DNA from: a virus | Taxonomy: Duplodnaviria; Heunggongvirae; Uroviricota; Caudoviricetes | Reading direction: 5' to 3' (one strand) | Virus record (IMG/VR): IMGVR_UViG_2751185775_000001 | Location: 9,005 to 73,004 of that record | DNA length: 64,000 nt | Shown here: in pieces, positions 29,363 to 39,815 of the stretch | Numbering within the stretch: position 1 is the stretch's first letter | Layout: every line of letters starts with the position of its first letter | Translations under genes and position numbers: made by a program | Notes under the pieces: model-generated | Told to the model about the DNA's origin: nothing | What the model saw: only the letters and a program-made list of their open reading frames with translations | Databases searched by the model: none

Positions 29363-29539
29363 ATGGTCGCAATCCTGTTTCTGATGATCGGATATTCAGT
29401 GCTGGCGTGTTTTACAACATTGATTGCCGCTGATACACGGATAAAAGGCAACATCAGAAAAATCATTATCGGTGTTTTATGGCCAGTCTGGTTTGTCATT
29501 GTTATGTGCCGCTATAACAAGCAAAAGGTAAAAAAATAA
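29363..29539 (+). CDS. Small membrane protein (58 aa, two predicted TM helices); not in the ORF track
   Basis: ATG 29363 after gaggt RBS; MVAILFLMIGYSVLACFTTLIAADTRIKGNIRKIIIGVLWPVWFVIVMCRYNKQKVKK; stop overlaps the next ATG. Confidence 0.35.
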   Translation: MVAILFLMIGYSVLACFTTLIAADTRIKGNIRKIIIGVLWPVWFVIVMCRYNKQKVKK

Positions 29540-30262
29540 ATGAACGTTGAAGTCAACAATTCACTCCGACTGACCGTCACTGACGTTGCACGTCACGACC
29601 CTATTCTGGTTAATCTCGATGATTACGGCAGCGGCAGAGGGCGCGTGACAGTCACTGAGTTCAGTGATTCATGGACGGCATCATGGGGAGCTATGGGCGG
29701 CTCTCTGGTGGATTTTCTCACCCGTGTCGATAACGACTACCTGATCGGCTGTCTCGCCCCAGGTCTGCATCCGGTTGTCGATGATACCAGTAGCGAAGCG
29801 GCGCTGCGTTTTGTGAAAAACGAGATCCTGACTCGCCGCCGTGAGGGTGTACTTAGCGGCGCACTAGCCCGACAAATGCGTACTGATGCTGAACGGTCGA
29901 GTGACCTAAGATCAGATTGCTGTGATTACTGGAGCGGCAGCTGTCTGAGTCAATTGTTTTGTGACGCGCCCCATGCGGTTGACTGGCCGGTAGTTACTAA
30001 CCCTCTATACTCTCGAATGGAATCCCGTCTCAACGCTGTACGTAAAGCATTAGAGTCCATTCCTACTGAACTACTCACCCCTCTCGTTAAAACGTCTCCT
30101 GATGCGGTACGCAACGAATTTGAAAGCGAATACGCAATAGAGGCTGGTCTTGTTGTGGCTCATATCGGTTATCGCTATGAAAGCATTGAGACAGAAAAAG
30201 CATTTAAGGCTTGGTGCCACGCAAAAAAAATACTGTCACCACTTACCAAAATAAATAGATAA
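29540..30262 (+). CDS. Hypothetical protein (240 aa)
   Basis: ORF only. Confidence 0.45.
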   Translation: MNVEVNNSLRLTVTDVARHDPILVNLDDYGSGRGRVTVTEFSDSWTASWGAMGGSLVDFLTRVDNDYLIGCLAPGLHPVVDDTSSEAALRFVKNEILTRRREGVLSGALARQMRTDAERSSDLRSDCCDYWSGSCLSQLFCDAPHAVDWPVVTNPLYSRMESRLNAVRKALESIPTELLTPLVKTSPDAVRNEFESEYAIEAGLVVAHIGYRYESIETEKAFKAWCHAKKILSPLTKINR

Positions 30263-30427
30263 CTAAACAATTAACATTTCCAATTTATAAAAATTACATA
30301 AGGATATTATTTATGTCATACAGCGAAAAAAAAAGCTGGGGCTAAAGCTGTTATTGATGCTTACAACATTCCTACCCCGCAACCGGCGTTCTCAGAACGA
30401 AAGCCGTTTGTTATCACCAGCGGCGCC

Positions 30428-31294
30428 ATGCGTCTGACAGACCCTTGCTACTCAATGGATGTGTGGTGCGCCGGCACTCTGAACAATGTGAAAAACGGAA
30501 TATGGAATACCGGTATTTATGGTGAAGTGTCTGACTTTGATTTTATTATTTATTTGTCAGACCTGAAAAAACGGCTTGATAGAGACAAAAATTTCAAGAA
30601 ATCCTGTAACGACCTGCTGTCACTGCTCAATGGCTTAGGGTTTACCAACGCCAAACATGAAGTTGACACACTTCGTTACGGTGATTTTTACCAACTGACA
30701 ACGCTTAAAATTAAAATTAAAAGAGCATTTCCAGACAACGGTAGTGAACAGCTATCAAAAGCAATATCGTTAATAACGGAAATGCACACCGCCGCGATTA
30801 TCGAAACCGAAGAAACCCGTTGTTTCGACGAGGAAATAAATAATCTGAAAGCCGGCTCTTTTCACCGAAGAACGTCAGTCCTGTTCTCCGTTCACTCTGA
30901 CTATGACGCAGATCCACGATTCAGTAATGAAAATATAATTGAAACCTTTAAAGCTGCGGCTGTTGCAAAAGACATAGCTGTCGGCGTGGATAGTGGTCAG
31001 GCTGGTATGTTCGACCTTTCTGTGTTTGAGACAGTTGCCAGTCCCGAATCCGGCTGTTCTCCCGAACATAAGATATTTTACAGCCTGTGCTGTGATTGGG
31101 ATTTGGGTGAATTAGATCTAACCACAAATACCATCACTCTGCCCGGCTCAAATCAGGCTATGGGTGTTAACAGTTCATCAGGATTCGGAGACGGCGGGTA
31201 CAACGCTCATATCATCGCTGATGAAAACGGGGAAATAATCGCCGTTGCCTTTAATTACATGGGGGCGCTTGGTGATGGTGAAGATGATGAATAA
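30428..31294 (+). CDS. Hypothetical protein; true start probably ATG 30313 (restored by removing one A from the A9 run 30326-30334)
   Basis: ATG 30313 with RBS aaggatat; MSYSEKK then the A9 run; the -1-nt version reads into MRLTDPCYS…. Confidence 0.45.
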   Translation: MRLTDPCYSMDVWCAGTLNNVKNGIWNTGIYGEVSDFDFIIYLSDLKKRLDRDKNFKKSCNDLLSLLNGLGFTNAKHEVDTLRYGDFYQLTTLKIKIKRAFPDNGSEQLSKAISLITEMHTAAIIETEETRCFDEEINNLKAGSFHRRTSVLFSVHSDYDADPRFSNENIIETFKAAAVAKDIAVGVDSGQAGMFDLSVFETVASPESGCSPEHKIFYSLCCDWDLGELDLTTNTITLPGSNQAMGVNSSSGFGDGGYNAHIIADENGEIIAVAFNYMGALGDGEDDE

Positions 31295-31397
31295 GTGTAT
31301 AGCTATAACAACGACGCAGATATGACATTTTTAATATTAGGTATTTACTTACTGATGTTAATGTATAAGAATCACCTCAATAACAAAGTGAGGTAAT

Positions 31398-31586
31398 ATG
31401 AAAATTTATTTTCTGATTGTATGTACGGCATTGCTGAACATTTTTCTGCTCTGCTTTCTCACCCCGACCCTGTTTTCGGCAAAAAGCGACTTTGGTGTTC
31501 TTGGCGCGTTGATTGTGGTCTTTTTTATCGTCCCTGTTGTGACGATTGACTGTTTTAAACAAATCAAAAAATGGAGTGTCCGTTAA
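31398..31586 (+). CDS. Small hydrophobic membrane protein (62 aa)
   Basis: Two predicted TM segments; overlaps the start of the SPFH gene. Confidence 0.3.
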   Translation: MKIYFLIVCTALLNIFLLCFLTPTLFSAKSDFGVLGALIVVFFIVPVVTIDCFKQIKKWSVR

Positions 31587-32446
31587 TGAATATTCGTAAA
31601 GGTCTGATGGTGGCTATGCTTGCTGTCGTTTCTGTAGTTGGTCTTTCAGGTTGTGAACGCGCCAAAGTTCCGGCTGGCAACGTTGGTATCAAAGTCGATC
31701 TGTACGGCGGCGACAAAGGCGTGCAAAACGAAAAACTCGGCACCGGAAAATACTGGCTGACATGGAATGAAGAAGTTTACCTCTTTCCTCTGTTTAAGCA
31801 GATGCACCAATACGAACAACCTTTCGTATTCCAAACCTCTGACAGCATGAGTATTACCGCATCGGTGGGTATTGAGTATCGCGTGGTTGAAGACAAAGTG
31901 ATTGAAGTGTTCAAAACCTACCGCAAAGGCGTTCAGGAAATTACGGATAACAACATTCGCCAGTTAATCGCAGACTCTCTGATTAACCACGGTTCCAGAA
32001 TGAATATCGACAAACTGGCGGACGGCGGCAAAACGGCTCTGCTGGAATCGGTCACAGAGGATTTACGCAAGCAATTGGCACCGGTCGGTATTGATATCCA
32101 GAAAGTGAGCTGGTTAGGCAAAATGGAGTACCCGCCGGAAGTTGTTGACGCTATCAACAAAAAGAACCGTGCCGTTCAGGAAACGCAGATGCGCCAGAAC
32201 GAAATTGAAAAATCAAAAGCTGAGGCTGACAAAGCGATTGAGGAAGCCCGTGGTATTGCTGAATCAACCCGGCTGAAAGCACATGCAGACGCAGAAGCAA
32301 TTACCCTGCGCGGTGATGCGCTGCGTAAGAATCCGGAAGTTATTCAGCTCGAAGCAGTGAATAAATGGAATGGCATGATGCCTAAGTTTATCGGCGGAGC
32401 AGCCCCGATGCCATTTATCGACGTTGGCAGCGAAACAGCACAATAA
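31571..32446 (+). CDS. SPFH / band-7 (prohibitin/HflK-like) domain lipoprotein
   Basis: Signal peptide plus LSGC lipobox; SPFH-like core followed by a coiled-coil region (EIEKSKAEADKAIEEARG). Confidence 0.65.
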   Translation: MECPLMNIRKGLMVAMLAVVSVVGLSGCERAKVPAGNVGIKVDLYGGDKGVQNEKLGTGKYWLTWNEEVYLFPLFKQMHQYEQPFVFQTSDSMSITASVGIEYRVVEDKVIEVFKTYRKGVQEITDNNIRQLIADSLINHGSRMNIDKLADGGKTALLESVTEDLRKQLAPVGIDIQKVSWLGKMEYPPEVVDAINKKNRAVQETQMRQNEIEKSKAEADKAIEEARGIAESTRLKAHADAEAITLRGDALRKNPEVIQLEAVNKWNGMMPKFIGGAAPMPFIDVGSETAQ

Positions 32447-32460
32447 CTCTGACCATTTAA

Positions 32461-32490
32461 AAGGCGCTGATTAAGCGCCTTTTTATTTAG
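32461..32490 (+). terminator. Rho-independent terminator (aaaggcgct gatta agcgccttt ttattt)
   Basis: 9-bp stem plus T-tail. Confidence 0.55.
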
Positions 32491-32735
32491 CCATAATAGA
32501 ATCTCAAGTCTTTACACACAATAAACTCACTCACGACGTAGGTATTAATTTACCTACTTGGTAAATTAATGACACTAATTATTATCATCTTTCTGCTTCA
32601 TATCGGGTTTTCCGGTCTGATGTTTAATACATTGCTTAACCGCCATGAGTCCGCTCCGTTCTTAAAATGCTGGCTCTGGATGTTCCTGTGCGCCCCTCAC
32701 GTAAGCGCGGAGATAAAAAGACTGCGGGGTGTTTC

Positions 32736-33098
32736 ATGAGAAAATTTATCGCTCCTGTGTTCATCCTGCTTTGGATCATGGCTGCTGCTGTTGCGTACTG
32801 TCTCCCCGCTGCTGCGAGTGTTTCGACCACACCACACGCAACATTGATTAAAAAGGTTCTGAGCTGCAAGACCACTGTAGAGGGTAAAGATTCACTCTTT
32901 ATAGTGGTCGATACCGGTCGGCGCTTCTCGGTAAAAATAAACGGTACGGTCTATGTATCGCCAGAACTAACCACTAAAACTGGCAACGAAACAATGGGTT
33001 ACATTGGAAATGACCACTATAGAAAGGACAGTGATAGTTACACCGTCACTACCGATAAAATAGACGTTACGTTGTCACATTGCGAATTTATTGCATAA
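32736..33098 (+). CDS. Secreted / periplasmic hypothetical protein
   Basis: MRKFIAPVFILLWIMAAAVA signal peptide; RBS ggggtg. Confidence 0.4.
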   Translation: MRKFIAPVFILLWIMAAAVAYCLPAAASVSTTPHATLIKKVLSCKTTVEGKDSLFIVVDTGRRFSVKINGTVYVSPELTTKTGNETMGYIGNDHYRKDSDSYTVTTDKIDVTLSHCEFIA

Positions 33099-33101
33099 AA
33101 A

Positions 33102-33281
33102 GACCGCTATAGAGGGCGTTACTCTCTATAGCGGTCTGTTTGAAAATGTTCTCTATAGCGGTCTTTGCACGGTTACTTCTTTGATTTCCTGAGTTTTTCT
33201 AACAATTCTAGTTCTTCTCTTGTCAGTTCTGCTAAAACCGTATCGTCACTCCCTACAGTGGTCTTTCTCCCTTTAGTGGTC
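33102..33281. repeat. Iteron cluster 1 (5 copies of about 13 bp CTCTAYAGYGGTC; copies at 33102, 33124, 33151, 33251, 33269)
   Basis: gaccgctatagag (inverted), ctctatagcggtc x2, ccctacagtggtc, ccctttagtggtc. Confidence 0.7.
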
Positions 33282-33324
33282 GTTACTTTTTTTGACCGTC
33301 TTAACAACCTTATTTTTCTTGAGC

Positions 33325-34191
33325 TTAGGGGTGCGTTCGTGGATCTGAAAATAGACCGCATTGCCTTTTTTTAACCTCAGTGCAGTCCAGATAGCCAATT
33401 TCTTTTAGCTGTTCTAATGCCCGTCGGACAGTGGCGTTCTGAGTGTTAACCCTTGATTTGAGGTTCAAACGCGCTCTGAGTCGCGCCAGCGACACCGGGA
33501 TAGGATTTGATGGCAGACTCTCAATAAACGTGTAGAGCGCCTGTGCGCTCTCTTTACGAGATAATTCATTGATTGCCCGCAACTGGAGTAAAACCTTATG
33601 GTCGAACTGATACAGCTCGAATATCTTCGGATCAGCCTGTATCGTTACGGTATCTTTGTCCATGTCATAAAAGGCAGATTGGACAAGGTGGGTATGATAA
33701 GCCTTTGAATCATTTGTGAATGACAGTGTGGTTGATACGATGCGCCGCAGTGATTCATCCAGTCGTTCTCTGAGCCGCTTTGAAGATCGCGCGGACGGGA
33801 TGCCGCAGAGCTTTACGAAATCGACAAATTTCAGGGTGACTTTGTCACCAATGACTTTGTGCTTTGCAAACGAATGGATGATCCCGACCCACGTTTTAAA
33901 GTCGTTATCCATATCAAGCCGTTCACCGGTTATCTTGATATTGTTATATCCCTCTGATTTAGCGAGTGAAAGCTGTTTTAATTCCTCGGTGGCATCCATT
34001 GAGGACATGAGGTTTCGCTTGCTGCGGGCAGTAGATTTTAGTGTCGGTACAAACAACCCGAGCCGCATAAGCGCGACCGGCTGAACGGTGTTATTCGTAT
34101 TTGGTGTCAGCGTGATCAACTCACCTGTTTCTTTGTTTACTTCCGTAAAAGCAGAAGCCAATTCACTGTTAGGTATTGATATCTCAGCCAC
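33325..34191 (-). CDS. repA: Iteron-type plasmid replication initiator (RepA / Rep_3-like)
   Basis: About 288 aa; flanked by iteron arrays on both sides; DnaA boxes nearby. Confidence 0.7.
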   Translation of the reverse strand: MAEISIPNSELASAFTEVNKETGELITLTPNTNNTVQPVALMRLGLFVPTLKSTARSKRNLMSSMDATEELKQLSLAKSEGYNNIKITGERLDMDNDFKTWVGIIHSFAKHKVIGDKVTLKFVDFVKLCGIPSARSSKRLRERLDESLRRIVSTTLSFTNDSKAYHTHLVQSAFYDMDKDTVTIQADPKIFELYQFDHKVLLQLRAINELSRKESAQALYTFIESLPSNPIPVSLARLRARLNLKSRVNTQNATVRRALEQLKEIGYLDCTEVKKRQCGLFSDPRTHP

Positions 34192-34220
34192 TATTTATCC
34201 CCGCGATTAATCTCGCACAC

Positions 34221-34562
34221 TCCCCGCAGTGGTCTATTATTCCTATCTACAGTGGTCGTGTCACTGTTTATAGCGGTTTAATTACTCTCTACAGTGGTCG
34301 CATTGCTGTTTATAGTGGTCATGAAATGTTTAAACCTATTGATATCATTACGTAATCTGGCACGGGGATCTATTGGTTCTTCTGGAACTATTTGGATCTA
34401 TTATTGGATCTATCCTGTTGATAACGTGAATATCCGCCCTGTGGATAGAAAATGCCATCTGCTCTCTACAGCGGTCTATTTTACTGATTTCAGCCGTCAA
34501 TCTTCTCTCTATAGCAGTCATTCCTCTCTTTACAGTGGTTAAGCCGCTCCCTACAGTGGTCA
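34221..34562. repeat. Iteron cluster 2 (about 8 copies; 34221, 34243, 34265, 34285, 34306, 34462, 34505, 34524, 34548)
   Basis: Repeats of cYcTACAGTGGTC / tgtttatagYggtY. Confidence 0.7.
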
Positions 34563-34690
34563 CTGATACGCTCTCAGGCCAAGTGCCGCAGCGTCTGCGG
34601 AGATTGGGGATCTCTTTTGATCTTTTATTTGATCTCTATGGAACTTATTTATTGGATCTATCCTGTTGATAATGTGGATAACAGCCTTGC
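34386..34690. promoter_or_regulatory. Origin-like region: about 26-bp direct repeat (ttattggatctatcctgttgataaYgtgRata) x2 with GATC sites and DnaA-box matches (tgtggataa)
   Basis: Repeats at 34397-34430 and 34650-34683; TGTGGATAA is the reverse complement of TTATCCACA. Confidence 0.5.
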
Positions 34691-34759
34691 CATGCAACTT
34701 TATCGCCTTATTCGTTTGTCCATAATCAGCACATAAACAAAACCAACGGAGTAGATTTT

Positions 34760-35068
34760 ATGGAAGTCGGACAGCAGATTGTTGTAAGTACAGGCGTCAC
34801 AATGCACGATGGGGTTAAGTACCTGTCTATTCTCGGTATCGGTGAATATCTTGGGGAAATGATGCCGGAAGGCAAACACCCGCTGCATCCGAAAGAACGT
34901 CACGAACAGCCGCGATTCCCGCAGCCAATGGTTAAAATCGGGGAAGAAACCATAACAAACTGGCAGGGAACGTTTTTCACTCTTGATCAGTTTGAGGTGA
35001 TTGTCGGAAACAATCTTCACATGCCAGTGAAGCAGTTCCCGATCACCATAACTGCGGAGGTTGAATAA
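34760..35068 (+). CDS. Hypothetical protein (102 aa)
   Basis: ORF only. Confidence 0.4.
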   Translation: MEVGQQIVVSTGVTMHDGVKYLSILGIGEYLGEMMPEGKHPLHPKERHEQPRFPQPMVKIGEETITNWQGTFFTLDQFEVIVGNNLHMPVKQFPITITAEVE

Positions 35069-35143
35069 TTACAGGCATATCGGCACAACGCCTTATTTTT
35101 CGGATATATTTGTCTTATACCAATAAAACAAATAAGGCATTTC

Positions 35144-35764
35144 ATGTCCGAGCTTAAAAATAAATACAAAAGGGTGAGGCGTCTTGAAACAGGCGTCTAC
35201 ACCATTGAACCGGAGTCGGTCAGGAAACGTAACGATCATCTTTGTCAGATATGTTCAATAGCCGGCAACTGCCCTGTTCAAACAGCGCTTAAACTCACTG
35301 AGGGACATGCTGAGGCAATTATCAGAACATGTGCGAGGTTTGTTCCGTCTATACCATTCAGAAAGCCCTACGTTGGCTTACACTTCCCGTTGTTCAATAC
35401 GCTCCGCGCCGGGACGACATGGCGGGATCGGCTTGTGGTCGGAAAGGTTGTCGCACTGACAGACTCCGCGACTGGTGAAATACTTCGGTTTGGCAGAGTT
35501 CAGAGTGTTATTTCCGGTGGCGTTGACCGTATGCTTGAAATCCACTCACAGTTTAATCACATTGCGATGGCAAACCGGAATGTCGCAGAGGTTGAAAAAG
35601 TGATCAGAAAATCATACGGCCATTTCCTCAAACCGGATTCGCAATTGACGGCGATTTATATCGAGGGCGTTACCAATAAAATTATTGACGATATCGATAA
35701 CAAGCTGGGTACGCCGCCAGCCAGACTGACCGACAATGTGATCAACATGTTCAGGCATAAATAA
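35144..35764 (+). CDS. Hypothetical protein (206 aa)
   Basis: ORF only. Confidence 0.45.
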   Translation: MSELKNKYKRVRRLETGVYTIEPESVRKRNDHLCQICSIAGNCPVQTALKLTEGHAEAIIRTCARFVPSIPFRKPYVGLHFPLFNTLRAGTTWRDRLVVGKVVALTDSATGEILRFGRVQSVISGGVDRMLEIHSQFNHIAMANRNVAEVEKVIRKSYGHFLKPDSQLTAIYIEGVTNKIIDDIDNKLGTPPARLTDNVINMFRHK

Positions 35765-35850
35765 TATCATCACAGACACATTTGATTTATGGACATTGGC
35801 TGATAAAGGGATTAATGTGCAGGAATTAATTAATCTTACTTAAATTCACT

Positions 35851-36615
35851 ATGAAAAAGATATTATTTATTACATCGGCATTGTTTTTAAATTCTTTTAA
35901 TGCTCAGGCAGACGTTGATTGTAAGCGGCCGTTGAGTGATTACGGATATGCTATGGCCGAAATGTATCCGTTATATAAAGCCTATCAAGATGATTTTACT
36001 GAAGTTTTAACTGACTTTTGTGAGGCGGGTAAACAATTTTCATCACAAAATATGAGCAGCGGTGCGGCTGATGCTCGTATACGGTTAGAATCACGTAAAT
36101 GGGTCAAAGATAAATTCGGTGACGGGAATATGCCCGAAAATATCCAGTATGGACTATCTGCGCTTATATACATGGGAGGATGGTCTGGATATTCAGGTAT
36201 TAACTATCCAGTGCCGCTCAATAAGAAAAACAATCAAAAAGTAGCTAAAGAAAAGAGTATAGTCCGCGAAGAAAAGAAAGTAATACCTGTCGATGAAAAT
36301 TTAAAAATCGCATACGAAAGAGTGTTAGAAGCTCATATTTCTAAAGTTGTTCGTTCAGTTGAGGTTAAACCAACAGGGGAAACATGCTGGTTAGTTGTTA
36401 ACCATCGTTCTGATGGCACCATTACAGGGACTAGGCCGGATGGTGGAAAGTCACCAGGAGGGAGAGGACCGGATGCCGATGGATATTGTTTAGCTATTGA
36501 GGCAGCTGTAAAGGAAACAAGATTACCACCTTTTCTTAAAGGGCTTGATTTTGGATACAATGAGATTAGTGTTACGTATGCAATTACAGACAATGAACAT
36601 GTTAAAGTTTTATAA
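35851..36615 (+). CDS. Secreted protein (signal peptide), low GC; possible TolA/TonB C-terminal-like domain
   Basis: MKKILFITSALFLNSFNAQA signal; low-GC region. Confidence 0.35.
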   Translation: MKKILFITSALFLNSFNAQADVDCKRPLSDYGYAMAEMYPLYKAYQDDFTEVLTDFCEAGKQFSSQNMSSGAADARIRLESRKWVKDKFGDGNMPENIQYGLSALIYMGGWSGYSGINYPVPLNKKNNQKVAKEKSIVREEKKVIPVDENLKIAYERVLEAHISKVVRSVEVKPTGETCWLVVNHRSDGTITGTRPDGGKSPGGRGPDADGYCLAIEAAVKETRLPPFLKGLDFGYNEISVTYAITDNEHVKVL

Positions 36616-36834
36616 TAGTTAATGCAAAAATGTGATTTCAATTCAAGTGATTTATTAATCAAAGAAAAATACAGAAATTTATTTTGTAAATTATAAAGTT
36701 AAAGGTAACGTTATTACGCGTTATCTTTTATTTTTACTGCCTTTATCATTCTGATATCATCAGCTATCACATAAGTAGTTAAGTACGTATTACAAGGCAG
36801 ATTAAAATGAAGATAAAAAAAAGCGTTATACGGC

Positions 36835-37899
36835 TTGATTTCAGACACGCACTATCACGTCTGGGATGCCTTTGCTAAAACCTCACATGACGGAATGAAC
36901 TCACGTCTCAAAATTCAGTTAGATGCTACCCGTGAGGCGGCTAAAGCAGCGAAAGCTGCTGGGGCAAAAGCGTTATTTCATGGTGGCGACGTGTTCCATG
37001 TGCGCGGTTCTATCGCGCCTACAGTCCTGCACTACACGTCTGAGCTGTACGACTGGATTATCAACGAACTCGGTCTGGACGTGTATATCCTCGCGGGGAA
37101 CCACGATCTTGAGACAAACGATTCAGTGTTCTCTGCCAACGCCTCTGCTTCATTTTCTAAAATCGGCGCTCATATCGTGTGCTCAAAATCGCCTCATACG
37201 TTCGATATTGACGGCGTAAAGGTTCACATGATCAGTTGGTACAACGATCACAAGTCTCTGCTGCATACGGTGAAAGAGCTGGCTAAAACGCTGGATTCAT
37301 CCGTACCGAATGACCTGATTATTCACACGTCCATCAACAAAGCGATACCGGGTATGCCGGACGTTGGTATGGAGGCTGAGGAATTTGAGGGGCTGGGTTT
37401 CCGTTATGTTTTATCTGGGCATTACCACAACCACAAAGAAGTTATCCCGGGTGTCATTTCCATCGGCGCACTGACTCACCAGAATTGGGGCGATATCGGC
37501 ACTACAGCGGGTTACATGCTGATTAACGAAGACGGCTCATATTCCCAGCACTCAACCAGTGCGCCGGTTTTCATTGAGCTTGAAGGTGATATGGATGAAT
37601 CGCTGATCAAAGGTAACTACGTCCGCATCCGCGCTGTCATTAAGGACGACGAAGCTGGGAAATACCTTGAAGAAGTGGCCGTGCTGATGGGTGCAGCCGG
37701 TGTGACTCGAAACTTCACAAAAGAATCGGCACTGGCTGGGGCTGGCGAGGCAACAGCGGCAACAGCCCGGATTGACAGCCTGAAAGAGTCGGTCGGCAGT
37801 TACTGTGTTCTTTTGGGTAAAAGTGATTCAGATATTGATGTGACGAAACTGACGGCGTTGTGTGAAGACGTGTTGTCCCAGGCGGAGGGTAAAGAATAA
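36835..37899 (+). CDS. sbcD: SbcD/Mre11-family nuclease (calcineurin-like phosphoesterase); probable true start ATG 36807, restored by removing one A from the A8 run 36815-36822
   Basis: Motifs ISDTHYH, GGDVFH, GNHDL; track ORF starts at TTG; ATG 36807 becomes in-frame after a 1-nt deletion. Confidence 0.8.
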   Translation: MISDTHYHVWDAFAKTSHDGMNSRLKIQLDATREAAKAAKAAGAKALFHGGDVFHVRGSIAPTVLHYTSELYDWIINELGLDVYILAGNHDLETNDSVFSANASASFSKIGAHIVCSKSPHTFDIDGVKVHMISWYNDHKSLLHTVKELAKTLDSSVPNDLIIHTSINKAIPGMPDVGMEAEEFEGLGFRYVLSGHYHNHKEVIPGVISIGALTHQNWGDIGTTAGYMLINEDGSYSQHSTSAPVFIELEGDMDESLIKGNYVRIRAVIKDDEAGKYLEEVAVLMGAAGVTRNFTKESALAGAGEATAATARIDSLKESVGSYCVLLGKSDSDIDVTKLTALCEDVLSQAEGKE

Positions 37900-39815
37900 T
37901 GAAATTCCTGAAAATGACTGTTGAAAACTTCATGCGGATCGCGGAAGCGGAAGTGGAGCTGAACGACCGTGGCTTGATTCTGATTCAGGGCAAAAATACC
38001 GATGATACGTCAGCCAACAGCAACGGATCGGGGAAATCGACTCTGATGAACGCCTTATGCTGGGGCATCTACGGTGAGACAGCTAACGGACTTAAAGCTG
38101 ACGATGTGCTGAGTACCGGACATGAAAAGAACTGCCGCGTTTCTGTCACCATTGAGGACGAGGGAAAGCGTTATGCAATCATGCGCCACCGCGCTCACGC
38201 TACCAACAAAAACCGCCTGTTGGTGTCCTGTGAAGACGGTGATCTGACCAAAGGCACTGATAAGCTGACTCAGGAATTTATTGAAAAGCTAATCGGCGCA
38301 TCAAAAGAGGTGTTTCTGGCATCAATTTACGCAAGTCAGGAAAACATGCCTGATTTGCCTGGCATGACAGATAAAAACCTGAAAGCTATTGTGGAAGAAG
38401 CGGCGGGTGTAGATCGTCTGACCCATTCTTACGATATTGCCCGTGACCGCCACAATGCAAAACTGGCAGAACGTGACGGTGTGGCAGGTAAAATCACAGT
38501 TGCGGATCGTGCGTTTATCAGTGCGCTTGAAACATCCGAAGAAACTGTAATGTCCGCCGATGAGTGGGAACGGGCGCGTAAAGCGCGTATTGACGATGCT
38601 AAAAAGGCAGTGAACGAAGCAGAGGTATCTCTGACTGAGATTGAGTTTGCCAATGCGGATTGCCCGTCACTTGAAAGTATCGACGCTAAAATCGCTGGCA
38701 TCCGCACAAGCATTTCCGGCGTGACTGAGCATGATAAAAAAATCAGTGACATGACGACGGCGATTGCCAAAGCCAGGGCGGGGCACGGCGTTAAACGAAG
38801 CGAGATTGACCGCCTCAAATTACAGGCTAAGAACGCAATGGAACAGGCGGCTGGTGTCTCTGAGAAAGTCGGGTCGCCGTGTACCGAGTGTGGTAAGCCG
38901 TATTGTGAAGCAGATCTGGCGACTGTCAAAAAAGGTCATACGGATAAAGCCCGCGCTGACATGGTGAAAATCACGGAAACCCTGTTGCCGGAAATTACAG
39001 TCATTGATGAGCAACTGACCAAAGCAGAGGCGGTACTTGAGTCACTGAAAGCGGCCCGCCCGAACGTTGACGCGGAAATGGATAAGGTTGCCACGCTGCA
39101 ACGCCAGCGTATGTTTCTGGAAAAGTCACTGACGGCAGAAGATACAGCAAGAACGGCACTGACCAAAGCGCGTGAGCTGCTGACTGCCATTGAGTCAGAG
39201 AAAAATCCGTTTACCTCTCTGATTGAGAAGACCAAAGCGGAAGCCGCGCTTCTGAAAGATGATTTAAAGACTTTAAGAGTAACGAAAGAAAAATTAGACG
39301 GTGAATCTGATTTACTGGAACAGGCGCGGAAAGTGTTTTCTCCGGCCGGTGTCCGCAGTCATATCCTGTCAAACGTAACGCCGTATCTGAATGCCAAAAC
39401 AGCGGAGTATCTCAATACACTGTCTGATGGTTCGATCACAGCGGTATGGTCAACGATGGAACTGACCAAAAAAGGCGAAGCGAAAGATAAATTCAATATC
39501 GCTGTCAGCAAAGAGGGAGCGAGTAAGTCATTCGCGGGTCTGTCCGGTGGTGAAAAACGTAAAGTGCGTATCGCAACCGCACTGGCATTGCAGGATCTGG
39601 TTGCAAGCCGGGCGACGAAAAACATTCAGTTGTTTATCGGGGATGAAATCGATGATGCGCTGGACGTTGCGGGGCTGGAACGTCTCATGGCTATTCTGGA
39701 AGTGAAAGCGCGTGAGCGCGGTACTGTCATGATTATCTCTCACAAAGAAATGAAATCATGGTTCAGAGAAACTATCACCGTTGAATCAAAAGGCGGTCGC
39801 TCCTATGTCTGCTGA
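37899..39815 (+). CDS. sbcC: SbcC/Rad50-family ATPase
   Basis: Walker A GKNTDDTSANSNGSGKST, zinc hook CTECGKPYC, signature LSGGEKRK, Walker B LFIGDEID. Confidence 0.8.
   Translation: MKFLKMTVENFMRIAEAEVELNDRGLILIQGKNTDDTSANSNGSGKSTLMNALCWGIYGETANGLKADDVLSTGHEKNCRVSVTIEDEGKRYAIMRHRAHATNKNRLLVSCEDGDLTKGTDKLTQEFIEKLIGASKEVFLASIYASQENMPDLPGMTDKNLKAIVEEAAGVDRLTHSYDIARDRHNAKLAERDGVAGKITVADRAFISALETSEETVMSADEWERARKARIDDAKKAVNEAEVSLTEIEFANADCPSLESIDAKIAGIRTSISGVTEHDKKISDMTTAIAKARAGHGVKRSEIDRLKLQAKNAMEQAAGVSEKVGSPCTECGKPYCEADLATVKKGHTDKARADMVKITETLLPEITVIDEQLTKAEAVLESLKAARPNVDAEMDKVATLQRQRMFLEKSLTAEDTARTALTKARELLTAIESEKNPFTSLIEKTKAEAALLKDDLKTLRVTKEKLDGESDLLEQARKVFSPAGVRSHILSNVTPYLNAKTAEYLNTLSDGSITAVWSTMELTKKGEAKDKFNIAVSKEGASKSFAGLSGGEKRKVRIATALALQDLVASRATKNIQLFIGDEIDDALDVAGLERLMAILEVKARERGTVMIISHKEMKSWFRETITVESKGGRSYVC

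Noticed and set aside
33102-34562. Repeat array considered as a possible CRISPR array
   Set aside because: Repeats are about 13 bp, occur in both orientations with irregular spacing, and surround a repA gene. That is an iteron origin, not CRISPR.
34294-34563. Two ORFs (34294..34542 plus, 34348..34563 minus) in the iteron/origin region
   Set aside because: The region consists of iterons, DnaA boxes and direct repeats; the ORFs have no RBS and repetitive translations.
38429-39235. Minus-strand ORFs (38429..38929, 38936..39235 and others) inside sbcC
   Set aside because: They are antisense to the Rad50/SbcC coiled-coil coding region; Ala/Ser-rich shadow ORFs.
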